Source: Chiloscyllium plagiosum (Eukaryota). From it: a stretch of DNA of 64,000 nucleotides. Of the stretch, positions 1-12,938 are shown one piece after another (within the stretch, counting starts at the first letter, position 1; every line of letters starts with the position of its first letter). Both the position numbers and the translations under genes were made by a program. The stretch lies in NCBI RefSeq assembly GCF_004010195.1, contig NC_057718.1:38129152-38193151 (forward strand). Reading direction: 5' to 3'. The notes under the pieces were generated by a model. It was not told the DNA's origin. It saw only the letters and a list, made by a program, of their open reading frames with translations, and searched no databases.

Positions 1-835
1 ATCAATCCTCTTTGTTACTTCTTTAAAAAACTCAATCAAGTTTGTGAGACATGATTTTCCACACACAAAGCCATGTTGACTATCCCTAATCAGTCCTGGC
101 CTTTCCAAATACATGTACATCCTGTCATTCAAGATTCTCTTCAACAACTTGCCCACCACAGATGTCAGGTTCACTGGTCTATAGTTCCCTGGCTTGTCCT
201 TACCACCCTTCTAAAACGGTGGCACCATGTTAACCAAACTCCAGTCTTCCGGCACCTCACCTGTGACTATCGATGATACAAATATCTCAGTAAGAAGCCC
301 AGCAATCACTTCCCTAGCTTCCCACAGAGTTCGAGGATACACCTGATCAGGAACTGGGGATTTATCCACTTTAACGTGTTTCAAGTCATCCCAGCACTTC
401 CTCCTCTGTAATATGGATATTTTTCAAGATGTTACCATCTATTTCCTGACATTCTATATCTTCCAAGACCCTTTCCACAGTAAATACTGATGCAAAGTAC
501 TCGTTTAGTATCTCCCGCATCTCCTGCGGCTCCACACAAAGGCCCTATTCTCTCCCTCGTCAAAATGTATTTGTAACAACCCTTTTGATTCTTTTTTTTA
601 GATTCCCTACAGTGTGGAAACAGGCCCTTCGGCCCAACCAGTCCACACCGACCCTCCAAAGGATAACCCACCCAGACCCATTTTTCTCTAACTAATGCAC
701 CTCGCACTATGGGCAATTTAGCATGGCCAATTCACCTGATCTGCACATCTTTGGACTAAGAGAGGAAACCAGAGCACCAGGAGGAAACCCACGCAGACAC
801 GGGGAGAATGTGCAAACTCCACACAGTCGCCCAAG

Positions 836-1176
836 TTTGTGAGAAGATTTGTAGCTCGGGTGCTGTGGTTCTGTTCACCGAGCTGGGAATTTGTGTTGCA
901 GACGTTTCGTCCCCTGTCTAGGTGACATCCTCAGTGCTTGGGAGCCTCCTGTGAAGCGCTTCTATGATTTTCCTCCGTCATTTATAGTGGTTTGTCTCTG
1001 CCGCTTCCAGTTGTCAGTTCCAACTGTCCGTTGCAGTGGTTGGTATATTGGGTCCAGGTCGATGTTCTTATTGATTGAATCTGTGGATGAGTGCCATGCC
1101 TCTAAGAATTCCCTGGCTGTCTCTGTTTGGCTTGTCCTATGATAATAGTGTTGTCCCAGTCGAACTCATGTTACTT
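836..1176 (-). mobile_element. Penelope-like element 3' fragment (end of GIY-YIG endonuclease plus pseudo-LTR), family B
   Basis: The minus strand reads HEFDWDNTIIIGQAKQR..AREFLEAWHSSTDSINKNIDLDPIYQPL. Flanked by a GCCCAAG duplication (829-835, 1177-1183). Same family as 52660-53040. Confidence 0.8.
898..937 (-). ncRNA. Minimal hammerhead ribozyme motif in a PLE pseudo-LTR
   Basis: Reverse complement: GCA-CTGAGGA-T-GTC..GAC-GAAAC-GTC-TGC. This gives the CUGANGA and GAAA cores, a stem II closed by GTC/GAC, a GUC cleavage triplet and a GCA/TGC stem I. Confidence 0.7.
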
Positions 1177-3001
1177 GCCCAAGGCTGGAATCGAACCCAG
1201 GACCCTGTTACTGTGAGGCAGCAGTGCTAACCACTGAGCCACCGTGCTGCCCCAACTCCTTAACCCTATTTGCCAAAGCTATCTCATGTCCCCTTTTTGC
1301 CCTCCTGATTTCTCTCAAGTATACTCCTACTGCCTTTATACTCTTCTTAGCATTCACTCGATCTATCCTGTCTATACCTGACATATGTTTCCTTCTTTTT
1401 CTTAACCAAACCCTCAATTTCTTTAGTCATCCAGCATTCCCTGTAACTACTAGCCTTTCCTTTCACCCTAACAGAAATATACTTTCTCAGGACTCTCGTT
1501 ATCTCATTTCTGAAGGCTTCCCATTTTCCAGCCATCCCTTTACCTGCGAACATTTGCCCCAAATCAGCTTTTGAAAGTTCTTGCCTAATACCGTCAAAAA
1601 TTGGCCTTTTTCCAATTTAGAACCTCAACTTTTGGATCTGGTCTATCCTTTTCCATCACTATTTTAAAATGAATCGAATTATGGTCGCAGGCCCCAAAGT
1701 GCTCCTCCACTGACACCTCAGTCACCTGCCCTGCCTTATTTCCCAAGAGTAGGTCAACTTTTGCACCTTCTCCAGTAGGTACATCCACATACTGAATCAG
1801 AAAATTTTCTTGTACACACTTACCAAATTCATCTACATCTAAACCCTGAACACTGTGGCAGTCCCAGTCTATGTTTGGAAAGTTAAAATCCCCTACCATA
1901 ACCACTCTAGTATTCTTACAGATAACTGAGATCTCCTTATAAATTTGTTTCTCAATTTCCCTCTGACTATTAGGGGTCTATAATATAAATCACAATAAGG
2001 TGATCATTCCTTTCTTATTTCACAGTTCCACCCAAATAACTTCCCTAGGTGTATTTCTGGGAATATCCTCCCTTATTACTGCTGTTATGCTATCCCTTAG
2101 CAAAAACGCCACTCCCCCTCCTTTCTTGCATCCCTTTCTGCCATTCCTGTAGCATTTGTATCCTGCCAGTCCTGTCCATCCCTGAGCCATGTTTCTGTAA
2201 TTAATATGATATCCCAGTCCCATATTCCTAACCGTGCTCTGAGTTAATCTGCCTTCCTTGTTAGGCCACTTGCATTGAAATAAATGCAGTTTAATTGATT
2301 AGTCCTACCTTGTCCCTGCCTGCCCTGACTGTTTGACTTGCTTCTGTTCTCAACTGTACCAGATTGATCTCTTTCCTCACCATCTCCCTGGGTCCCATCC
2401 CCCCACTTTACTAGTTTAAATCCTCCTGAGCAGCTCTAGCAAATCTCCTTGCCAGTATATTAGTCTCCTTCCAATTTAGGTGCAATCCGTCCTTTTTGTA
2501 CAGGTCACTTCTACCCCAAAAGAGCTTCCAATGATGCAAAAATGTGAATCCTTCTCCCATACACCAGCTCCTAAGCCATACATTCATCTGCTCAATTCTT
2601 CTATTCCTGCCCTCACTAGCTTGTAGCACAGGGAGCAATCCAGATATTACTACTCTCGAGTACCCTAATACAATCAATCTCTTGGAACCCGACGTAACCC
2701 TCATTGTATTACAGCCAGTCTCAATACCAGAAACGTGGCTGTTTGTGCTACATTCCCCTAAGTATCCATCATCCCCTACATTTTTCAAAACAGCATACTT
2801 GTTTGAAATAGGGATAGCCACAGAAGACTCCTGCACTACCTGTCTTACCTCTCTTACCTTTCCTAGAGTTAACCCATCTATATGACTGTATCTGCGACTT
2901 TTCCCCCTTCCTATAACTGCCATCCATCACATCCTCTTGTAAATTCCTCATTGCCTCGAACTTTCTTTCCAACCGATCCATTCGATCTGATAGGATTCTC
3001 T

Positions 3002-3923
3002 GAAGATGGACGAGGGCGATCCAGTAGATGTAGTGTACCTGGACTGTCAGAAAGCTTTTGATAAAGTCCCACACAGGAGGTTAGTGAGTAAAATTAGGGC
3101 GCATGGTATTGGGGGCAAAGTACTAGATTGGATTGAAAATTGGTTGGCTGATAGGAAACAAAGGGTAGTGATAAACGGTCCCATTTCGGAATGGCAGGCA
3201 GTGACCAGTGGGGTACCGCAGGGATCCGTGCTGGGACCGCANNNNNNNNNNNNNNNNNNNNNNNNNNNNNNNNNNNNNNNNNNNNNNNNNNNNNNNNNNN
3301 NNNNNNNNNNNNNNNNNNNNNNNNNNNNNNNNNNNNNNNNNNNNNNNNNNNNNNNNNNNNNNNNNNNNNNNNNNNNNNNNNNNNNNNNNNNNNNNNNNNN
3401 NNNNNNNNNNNNNNNNNNNNNNNNNNNNNNNNNNNNNNNNNNNNNNTCAATTCCTGGAATGGCAGGATTACCTTACACTGAAAGATTGAAGCGACTGGGC
3501 TTGTATACCCTTGAATTTAGAAGACTGAGAGGGGATCTGATTGAGACGTATAAGATTATGAAAGGATTGAACACTCTGGAGGCAGGAAACATGTTTCCGC
3601 TGATGGGTGAGTGCCAAACCAGAGGACACAGCTTAAAAATATGGGGGTAGACCATTTAGGACAGAGATGAGGAAAAACGTCTTCACCCAGATAGTGGTGG
3701 CTGTGTGGAATGCTCTGCCCCAGAGGGCAGTGGAGGCCCAGTCTCTGGATTCCTTTAAGAAGGAGTTGGATAGAGCTCTCAAAGATAGTGGAATCAAGGG
3801 TTATGGAGATAAGGCAGGAACAGGATACTGATTAGGAATGATCAGCCATGATCATGTTGAATGGGGGTGCAGTCTCGAAGGGCTGAATGGCCTACTCCTG
3901 CACCTATTGTCTATTGTCTATTG
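3002..3923 (+). mobile_element. Younger, 5'-truncated CR1 (RT to 3' end) nested in the older CR1; contains an N gap
   Basis: Reads VDVVYLDCQKAFDKVPH...SGVPQGSVLGP, then LERRRLRGDLIETYK-type C-terminus. Ends in a (CTATTGT)n tail at about 3903-3923. Confidence 0.92.
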
Positions 3924-5066
3924 ATTTGCAACCAACGGCATTTATTGCAGATATAATCCTCAGTAACCCCCTGTAAACTCTCCCTAAACTCCCACCTCCA
4001 ACAAGAACATTATATCACTCTACTAAAGGCCATTTTTGTTTCTTTCAATCTAGAGACCCAGAAATTAGCACTGCCTTATTCCTCTACAAAACACTGCTCC
4101 ACGTTAAATTAATATATATGGCTTATATTTTAAGTTTAATCAAGAGACATATCTCAATAAAACATATAATCAAGAAAGAACCCACTCTAATCACTACTGC
4201 AGACTTACTGTAAGGCCACGCTTAAAATATCCACTTATCTGTTTCTGTGCTGTGACCTCTCCCAAAAAGGTTCCTCCAAGATCAGTTGTGAATTTCACTG
4301 TTTATTAATTTTCGCAGACGCATTCCAACGTCCAGCGATACATGAATTAAACAGCAAAGGCAGTAACTGTGCAGGTTCACTGCTCTGTCAGTTAGCAGTG
4401 TGGGTTTCTTTCTCTCTCTCTCTCTCCCCTACACTGACCTCACCGTGTGCTGCCTTTGTCTGTCCCTCTCCTTTCTAAAAGTGCTGTTGTTTTGACTTTT
4501 CTTTCTCTCCAAAGTTCCAAAACAATGCAACAGTTTATAAACAAGTAATTGCTGCAACTGGAATTCAAGGAAATCACCTCCAACACCTAAAATACCTCAA
4601 AAAAAGAGCAGCTGTTATAGCCAGAAAGTTTTCCCTTCCTCCATCTTGGATACCCAGTGACTCCTTTTGAACAAAAGGAGTCACTGGTTTAAAGATAGCA
4701 GATAGAACATTGGCTGGATACTTTTTTGTTTGTCTGTGGTTTAGCCTGTCATAATGAAGCCTATGTGACTCACGAAAATGAGTTAAATGATCTTTCATTG
4801 TGAATTGAGCTTTGGTCTTCCAATCTTTGGTTGGGTATTACATAACAGAGCAGTTGTTTTAATGTACTGTTGTTCAGAGTTGCATCTTTTTACAGTACTA
4901 CAATTGGTAATCTTACCTAATTTGCCACAGGACAAGGTGAAAACCTGAGTCTGTATTTCAGCCAGAGACTATACCAGAATATATTCAGAGAAGCATCATT
5001 AGTGTGAAAACAGAAATTTTTGGTTTCAGTTGGTTGACTGAGCTGCAATAGTCACTTCTACTAGAA

Positions 5067-5306
5067 GGAGTTCGCACATTCTCCCTGTGTCTGCGTGGGT
5101 TTCCTCCAGGTGCTCTGGTTTCCTCCCACAGTCCAAAGATGTGCAGGTCAGGTGAATTGGCCATGCTAATTTGCCCCATAGTGTTAGGTGAAGGGGTAAA
5201 TGCAGGGGTATGGGTGGGTTGCGCTTTGGCGGGTCGGTGTGGACTTGTTGGGCTGAAGGGCCTGTTTCCACACTGTAAGTAATCTAATTTAATCTAATCT
5301 AATCTA
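5067..5306 (+). mobile_element. HE1/V-SINE, 5'-truncated
   Basis: Central SINE domain and a (TAATC)n tail. Confidence 0.88.
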
Positions 5307-5308
5307 AA

Positions 5309-5511
5309 CACGGTAGTTCTGTTCTCGTGCAATCCTTTGTTATGAGAAAATTGCGTAATAGCAGCGCCATTTAAACTGATGGGGCCAGAAACGCATTATA
5401 ATTGGTATACGTTTTAAAAGCTTGTGCTTTAGAAAGAATTTCCCCAGTTCATCTATCGTGTTATAGAGAATTCGCATTAACAAAATGCAAGTCATAGCAG
5501 AATGACTTGTA
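5309..5511. mobile_element. Short non-autonomous DNA transposon (Tc1/mariner, pogo/Tigger-like MITE), copy 1
   Basis: Ends resemble CAGGTAGTTCTG ... CAGAA-(N)-CTTG-TA. Shares an internal TTTTAAAAGCTTG(T/C)GCTTTAGAAA with the copy at 57685-57894. Confidence 0.55.
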
Positions 5512-7369
5512 CTACATATGGAACTGTTACTACATTTGTATTTCTTTTAAAAGACAAGAGACTTAAAAGAGGGTGGTGAAGTTATGGTAGTTATCTTCTG
5601 GCCAAGATTTAATCTTGTGTTCTCTCCAGAAGCCACACCCTTGGTGGCAGACTTCAATGTCCTAAGACAATGGTTTGTGCCATGCCAGTCACCTTTGTGT
5701 TAAGTGTTGCTTGGTGTAGCTCAGGATCTTCTCTCTGGCATAGCAGTTGCTGCCTTATTTACTGTCGAGGAAGAATGAGAAATTTGCTGATCTCTGTTTT
5801 TGTTTGGGACTTTTTCTCAGTCAGTTGAGCTTTTGTTTTCAGCTTGCTTATTTCAGCCTTACCAGAGGACAACATTCATCAATGGATGCTTCCCAATCAT
5901 ACATAATCAGTGCCTCCATTTTCTTATCTCACTTGCACCTGAGATATGGACATTCAAGAGGTTATGCTGCATTCGTCAGCTCACATATAATTGAACTCTG
6001 GGATTAGATATTTTCTAATCAACCTGTTCAGCACTGTTATTACACACCTTTGAAACAGATGGGATTTGAACCTGAGCCTCCTGGCTCCAATGTAAGAACA
6101 GTACCACTATGCCATAAGATCCCTGAGACCCAATGTATATGTGTCACCACAGGGAGGCACAGCTGACGACTTGCCAATGGAGAGGCTGTGTACAGATAAG
6201 AGGGAGACTTTCACATTTGATTGTCTTGTGTACATTTCTACTGTGATATAGAGGGGTAAAGGTTGAAAATGTGAAGGAAACCAACATGCACAGTGAAAAG
6301 CATGCTAATTCCCTTAATCCATAGTCAAAAGAATCACATTAGTCTGTTGGACCCACCAAAACAAAACTTATTCAATCTTATTATGTTTTCTTTTAACTTA
6401 CTTGTGGGATGTGGGTGTTGCTGGCTGTGCCAGCATTTATTGCCCATCCCAAATTGCTATTGAGAAGATGATGGTAAGCTGCAGCAGTTCAAGAAGATAG
6501 CTTACCACCACCTCCTCAAGAGAAACTAGGCAAAGGTAATAAATGCTGACCTAGCCAGTGATACCCACACCCCACAAGTGAACAAAATAAATTACACATT
6601 TTGGGTGTCCAGTTGAAGGCCCCTTTTCCATTGACTGCGAGTACCTTGTTGGGGTTCATGAATAGTAAAGCCTCTGAACCTATTTTGAAAGTCTGCACCC
6701 TGTTTAATGCCAGTTGCTTGAATATTCTCCATATTTAATTTCACAAAATTGATGCTGATGTGACAGTATTTTTCATCAGAAAGTATAGAGTTCTGAGAGG
6801 GATTGAAATAGGTGGTGGACAGGTTGAGTTAGGAGTCATCTGTCAGAACAGTGAAGCTGACATTGTTGAGTATGTACCTTAAAATTAGGAAGAAACCAGA
6901 TCTTAGCAGGATTAAGCATTGGTCTCAAGCTTGTTCTGCTGCCGTTGTATGAAACCATGGCTGATTTGCATCTCAACTCTATTTTCCTGCCTTTGTTCCA
7001 ATACTCCTGTTTGATAATCCCATACTCTATGTAGCATGGGATTATTCTATGGCAACAGCCAGGTGGACGGAAAAGCCTCCACCCCTCACAACAATTGGAT
7101 AGGTGCAATGGTAACCAAGCAAAGGTAGTCATTATATTGAGTTGAACAACTTAGGAAAGGCATTGGATGAGAATGGACAAAAATGTCAAAAGCTGCAAAA
7201 GAGGACCCGTGAGGATCTTCACCTGAACACAGACATAGGAAACGATGTTTGAAACTTTGGGTTAGGGTACTTTTGGAAGAAGTGGAGACTTTATTCAAAT
7301 CTGGAGTTGTAGGATTGATGGACAGCTTTTGGGAGGCTGAGCATTTTCAGGGAATTTGCAGAGGAAAGG

Positions 7370-7835
7370 CTATTTCAAGAGTAGACAGTTTACCAAAGTA
7401 ATCCATTGAAAGAAAGGATTATCAAATACGGAAAGGTTAGACTTGCAACTGCTGGTATTTAGCAGAATCAGAGACGACTTGATTGAAACATGTGAGATCT
7501 GAGAGGTCTTGACAGGGCAGATGTGGAAAGTATGTTTTTTTTTCTTATGGGAATATCTGGAACTCAGGGTCACGATATTAAAAATCAGATGTTGCACATT
7601 TAAACAGGGAGACAGTTTTGTTTTCCCAACAGGATACGAGTGTTTTTGAGCTCTCTTCCTGAAAACGTGATGAAAGCAGAATCCTTACATGTTTTGAAGG
7701 CAGAGGTAGATCTTGTTAAGCAAGGGAGTAAAAGATTATGAGAGGCAGGTAGAAATGTAGATTTAAGGCTACAGTCACATCAGTGTATTGAATAGTGGCT
7801 CAGGCTCAAGGGGCTGAATGGCCTACACCTACTAA
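7370..7835 (+). mobile_element. Old CR1 3' fragment
   Basis: Decayed RT C-terminus (RIRDDLIETCEI) and a CR1 3'UTR (GGCTCAAGGGGCTGAATGGCCTAC). Confidence 0.75.
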
Positions 7836-8289
7836 TACAAATGCCCAAATGTAAGGCACTCTATTCAGACTTGTTCAGGAACCAACACAAATGATAACTA
7901 CAGTGCTCAATAAAGGCAAGTACTGACTGGTCATTGAAGCAAACCAAGGCACAACAGGAGTATTTTGCATGAACATTTGCACATCTATGGATTCAAATGT
8001 TTGGACAAGAAGATAACAAAACGCTGCATTCCAGCAGTTCCACGTGTTGAGAAGCACAGCAACAGCTGAGTGATAATTGTATTAGCATTACTGCATGATC
8101 ACATTGATCTGGTATACTTACTGAAGGCACCATTTTATTGAAGTACCTCTCAGACAGACTGTCATATCTGTTAGTGGCACCTGCAGACATTGGGTCAATT
8201 GGATCTCAGTTAACTCATGCATCTGTTCAGGCATCCACCTTCTTATTTCAGCACGTCAATGTCTGGTATGAAAATAGGCAGTGTTACAA

Positions 8290-8852
8290 AAGTCATAGAG
8301 TCATACAGCACTGAAACAGCCACTTCGGTCCAACTAGTCAACCAAGTTCCCAAACTTAAACTAGTCCCACCTGCCCATGCTTGGCCCATATCCCTTAAAG
8401 CCTTTTCCTATTCATGTATTTATCTAAATGTCTTTTAAACATTGTAACTATACCTGCATCTACCACTTCCTCTGGCAATTCAGTCCATGCACTACCACTA
8501 TTTTAAAAAAAGTTGTCCTTTTTAAATCTTTGTCCTCTCAACTTGAAATGCCCCCCACCCCCCCTTGTTTTGAACCTCCTCCATCTCAGGGAAAAGAACT
8601 GTACCCCTCATGATTTTATAAACTTCAATAAGGTCTCCCCTCCACCTCCTACACTCCAGTGAAAAAACCCTCGATATCCAGCCTATTTTTATATCTCAAA
8701 CCCTCCATTTCTGGCAACATCCTGGCACATCCTTTCTGAAATCTCTCAGGTTTAATAATATCGGTCCTATAGGAGGGTGACCAGAACAGTGCTCTAGACG
8801 ACACCTCACCAATGTCCTGTATAACCTCAGCATGACGTCCCAACTACTATAC
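8290..8852 (-). mobile_element. CR1 3' fragment
   Basis: Minus-strand FWSPSYRTDIIKPERFQK..MLPEMEGLRY. Tail seen on + as CATAGAGTCATA. Confidence 0.85.
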
Positions 8853-10875
8853 TGGGAAAATACACTGAATACTTGCCTACATATATAGAAACATCACACA
8901 GCCATAGAACCACAATCATTCAATCACAAACTGAAATGACATCCATTGAAATAAAATTTATACTCTGCCATTCTTTCAGTTGGCTAAACAGAAAGCTCTA
9001 AGTACACCAAAGTGTCAATTCCATAATTAAAACAGTGTTAAATAGGTGAAACACATCAAGTAATCTTTGCACAATGCACATTGTGGGACATACAGGAGTA
9101 GGCCATTTAACCCCTCTGACCTGTTTTGTTATTCAACAAGATAATATTCTAATTCCCTTTACCTGGAGGGGTAGTGTCTGTGTTTAGGTCTTACCCACAC
9201 TGAAGGTTTCGATTAGATTAGATTCCCTTCAGTGTGGAAACAGGCCATTCAGCCCAACAAATCCACACCGACCCTCTTGTCATGACATATTAAAACAGGT
9301 TGATATACTACTCTAGATTTTTGTTCTTTGATCCCATTTAGATTCTTATTCTCTAAGGGATAGTGACTTCCATATTTCCCCCCCTAAAATGAATTATCTC
9401 AATCATTTCCATCCTGAAATTCATTTGCCAATTATGTTCCATTTTGTACAAAACCTTAGACAGCTTTAAAAGATTGTTCTGTTTCAGACACACAGCTTGT
9501 TTTACTGGGTAGAAAATGCAAGGTTGTTGCGGTTCCAGAAACATAGTTTATCCTTGGAAACACAAGTGGGAGTGCTAGCTACTATGTTGAAAAGCCAGTG
9601 GAAAATCAGGCAACTGAGGTGTTACATGATGTATATCCTGGGATTTTTCCTGACTGTGTAGTAACAAGGTCACAAAGCTACAGGTGGAAACAAGAGGAAA
9701 AATTAAAGAATAAAGGTAAGGAAGTTGAAGTTCAAATTATCAGAAAAAATGTTTATTCAAATTGTTTAGAAAAAAAACAAGAACAGGTGGAGGACCAAGT
9801 GGATGCTTTTAGTTCAGAGAAATTAGTTGAATTACAACAGAAAGATGAAAAACTAAAGCAGGTGCATCAAAAAGCGGACATAGAAGGAGAATCTGAATGT
9901 ATCTCAGAGTGTTACTATCTTACAAATGAAGCCTTGATGAGGAAAATGAGACCATTACATATTCAAGCAGATGAGAAATGGGCAGTAATTCATCAAGATG
10001 TATTACCACTGGGTTGGAAAATGATGTTGTTTTGGAGAGCACATGATTGACCAGTAGCAAGTCATTTGGGAGTAAGGAAAACTCAAGCCAAAATACAAAA
10101 TCATTGGCCCGGACTGCGTAAGGATGTAGTTGAATTTTGCTGGACATATGTGTCAGGTAATTGGAAAACCTCAGGCAGTGATAAAACCTGAACCCTTAAT
10201 AGCTGCTTAATAAGGAACCTTTTACAAGAGTCTTAATTTATTTTGTAGGACCCCTACCTAAAACAAAAAGTGGGAATAAATTTGTTGACCACAATGGATG
10301 TGTCAACAAGATTTCTATCGATCATTCCATTATGCAGTGTCATGGCTAAAAGGACTGGAGACGATTTACTCAATTTTTGTACTAGATACAGACAACCTAA
10401 AATGCAATCTGATTAAGGGTCAAATTTTGCATCAAAATTATTCAAGGAAGTTATAAGTAGCTTGGGAATAAAACAATTAAAATCCACTGTATGCCATGCA
10501 GAATCACAGGGACCATTAGAACAGTGACATCAAACTTTAAGGACCATGTTAAAGGCTTATAGTCAAGACTATCCAGACAGTGGGTAAAGGAATTCCATTT
10601 GTACATCTTGCAATTAGGGATGCTCCTAATGAATCAACTAAACTCAGTCCATTTGAGTTAGTTTTTGGGCATGAAGTGAGAGGACCACTGGAATTAATTA
10701 AGGAGAAATTCATAAGTCAGTTCGGAGACCACATGTTTAGACTATGTGTCAACTTTTAGGGAAAGGTTAAATAGAGTGGCTGAGTTGGCTAGACAATATT
10801 TGAAAGTAGCACCTCATGTGATAAAACAGGAAGCAGACAAGAAATCACAAATTTGTGATTTTACTAGTGGAGATA

Positions 10876-11614
10876 GAGCTGTACAGCATGGAAACAGATC
10901 CTTTGGTCCTACTTGTCCATGCTGACCAGATATCTTAAATTAATCTACTACCATTTGCCAGCATTTGGCCTATGTCTCTCTAAACCCTTCCTATTCATAT
11001 ACCCATCCACATGTCTTTCTTTTAAATGTTGTAATTGTACTAGCCTCCACCATTTCCTCTGGCAGCTAATTCCGTACATGTACCACCCTCTGCATGAAAA
11101 GATTTCCCCTTAGGTCCTCTTTAAATCTTTCCCCTTTCATCTGAAACTTATGGCCTCTAGTTTTGGACTCTCCCACCCCAGGGAAAAGACCTTGCCTATT
11201 TACCCTATCCATGCTCCTCATGATTTTATAAACGCTCCAGAGAAAATAGCTCTAACCTGTTCAACCTCTCCCTGTAGTTCAAACCATCCAACCCTGGCAA
11301 CATCCTTGTCAATCTTTTCTGAACCCTTTCAAGTTTCACAACATCCTTCCTAGAGGAGGGAGATGAGAACTGCATGCAATACTCCAAAAGTAGCCTAACC
11401 AATGTCCTGTACAGCCGCAACATGACCTCTCAACTCTTACACTCAATGCTCTGACTAACAAAGGCAAGCATATGAAACACACTCTTCACTATCCTATCTA
11501 CTTGTGACTTCATCTTCAAGGAACTATGAACCTGCACTCAAAGATCTCTTTGTTCAGCAACAGGATGTTACCATTAAGTGTAAAGTCCTGCCCTAGTTTG
11601 ACTTTCCAAAGCTC
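10876..11614 (-). mobile_element. CR1 3' fragment inserted into the Gypsy integrase C-terminus
   Basis: Minus-strand LYRTLVRLLLEYCMQF..DVVKLERVQKRLTRMLPGL. Removing it rejoins TTT-ACT-AGT-GGA-GAT-A|AA-GTG-TTT-GTG-TTA-CTC-CCA (FTSGDKVFVLLP). Confidence 0.9.
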
Positions 11615-12938
11615 AAGTGTTTGTGTTACTCCCAGTGGTAGGTGAACCTTTAAAGGCAAGGTTTAGTTGGCCTTATCAAATTGAAACCAGATTGAAGTGG
11701 TTTCACATAATCAAAGTGAATTGTGTGAATGGAGCTCACCCATAGCAATGCTGCCAAAACCAGACAGTACCCAATGATTATGTGTGGATTATCGTAAAGT
11801 CAGTGGAGTCACAAAATCTTATTCATATCCTATTCTACATTTGGAAGACTGTACTGAGAAGATGGGACAAGCAACTTACATTTCTCAGTTGGACTCGCTC
11901 AGAGGATAATGGCAGGAACTTTGTCCAAAAGAGGGAAGGAGATTTCAGCTTTCATGACACCAAATGGACTTCACCAGTTTAAAGTCATGCCATTTGGTAC
12001 GAAACAAATGCACCAGCCACATTTCAAAGACTAACCAATAAAGTCATTTCAGGATTACACAGTTGTGTGGTGTACATCAACGATCTTGTGATTTTTAGGC
12101 ACGCATGGAAGGTACATGAGGAGCATCTATTGGAATTGTTCAATCGAGTTTGGGAGTCGGGCTTGGGTGAGAAACCTGGCTAAGAGTGGGTTTGCAAAAG
12201 CCCAAGTCATGTTCCTGGGCCACATGATTGGAAATGGACAGATGCCCCCCCCACCCCCAGCCAAATGTGAAAACAAAAGTTATTGGGAGTTTCCCATACC
12301 GTTTGACGAAGAGGGAAATACTACACTTCCTGGGATTGTTTTTTATCAGAAGTTCATATCGAGTCTTAGCAATGTGGTTGTTGCACTGACTGATTTGCTG
12401 AAGAAGTGCAGGAAATTTCAGTGGACGGAGGAATATCAGAAAACATTTGATAGTCTGAAAGTTGTTTTAACTATTGCCCCAGTGTTAGCCACAACTAATT
12501 ACACAAAGCTATTCAAGGTGGCTATCGATGGAAGTGATGTGGGTGTCGGTGCTGTACTCTTGCAAGAAAATGAGAAGATAAACCTATTGGATATTTTTCC
12601 AGAAAATTTAATAATATCAACATGAATATTCCATACTGACTGTAACCCCTTAAAGTTTTTGGAAAAATGTAAGGATAAAAATTCTAGATTGTTTAGATGG
12701 AGCTTATTATTGCAGCCATTCAATTTGAAAATTATACATGTGGCAGGACGAGAGAATGTAATTGACGCATTGTTGCGACCTTGAAGGAAGACGGAGGCAT
12801 TCGGTGGTGGGAAAAATGTACTGAAATGGACTGCAATACTGAATGTGTATGTACGATAGTGTACTAGTGGTGTAATGTTAAACAGCTTTTTAAAGGAAAC
12901 CATCGTTGTATATTGATGATTCTTTTTAAGGGAGGAGG

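Larger units (their letters stand above)
592..1253 (-). mobile_element. HE1/V-type tRNA-derived SINE, split by a Penelope fragment
   Basis: The reverse complement begins GGGCAGCACGGTGGCTCAGTGGTTAGCAC (tRNA A-box-like), has a GGTTCGATTCC B-box and the central TCTGCGTGGGTTTCCTCC domain. Same sequence as the other copies in the window. Confidence 0.9.
1..4660 (-). mobile_element. CR1 LINE, 5' half (5'UTR, esterase ORF1, endonuclease and start of RT), decayed; interrupted by a SINE/PLE (592-1253) and a second CR1 (3002-3923)
   Basis: Minus-strand fragments: APE endonuclease motifs (GYKCYRNGR..KKGGGVA, VMVGDFNFPNIDW, PTGEGAKVDLLL, GACDHNSI) at 1594-2223. ORF1 SGNH-esterase-like segment (VVISGLLP..NVWLRSWC..DLYKKDGLHLN) at 2411-2923. 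Stops and frameshifts throughout. The 5' boundary is approximate. Confidence 0.9.

Noticed and set aside
3006..3650. 214-aa RT ORF as an intact gene
   Set aside because: It spans a 205-N gap that is shorter than the RT segment expected between GSVLGP and IPGMAGL. It is a truncated CR1, not a host CDS.
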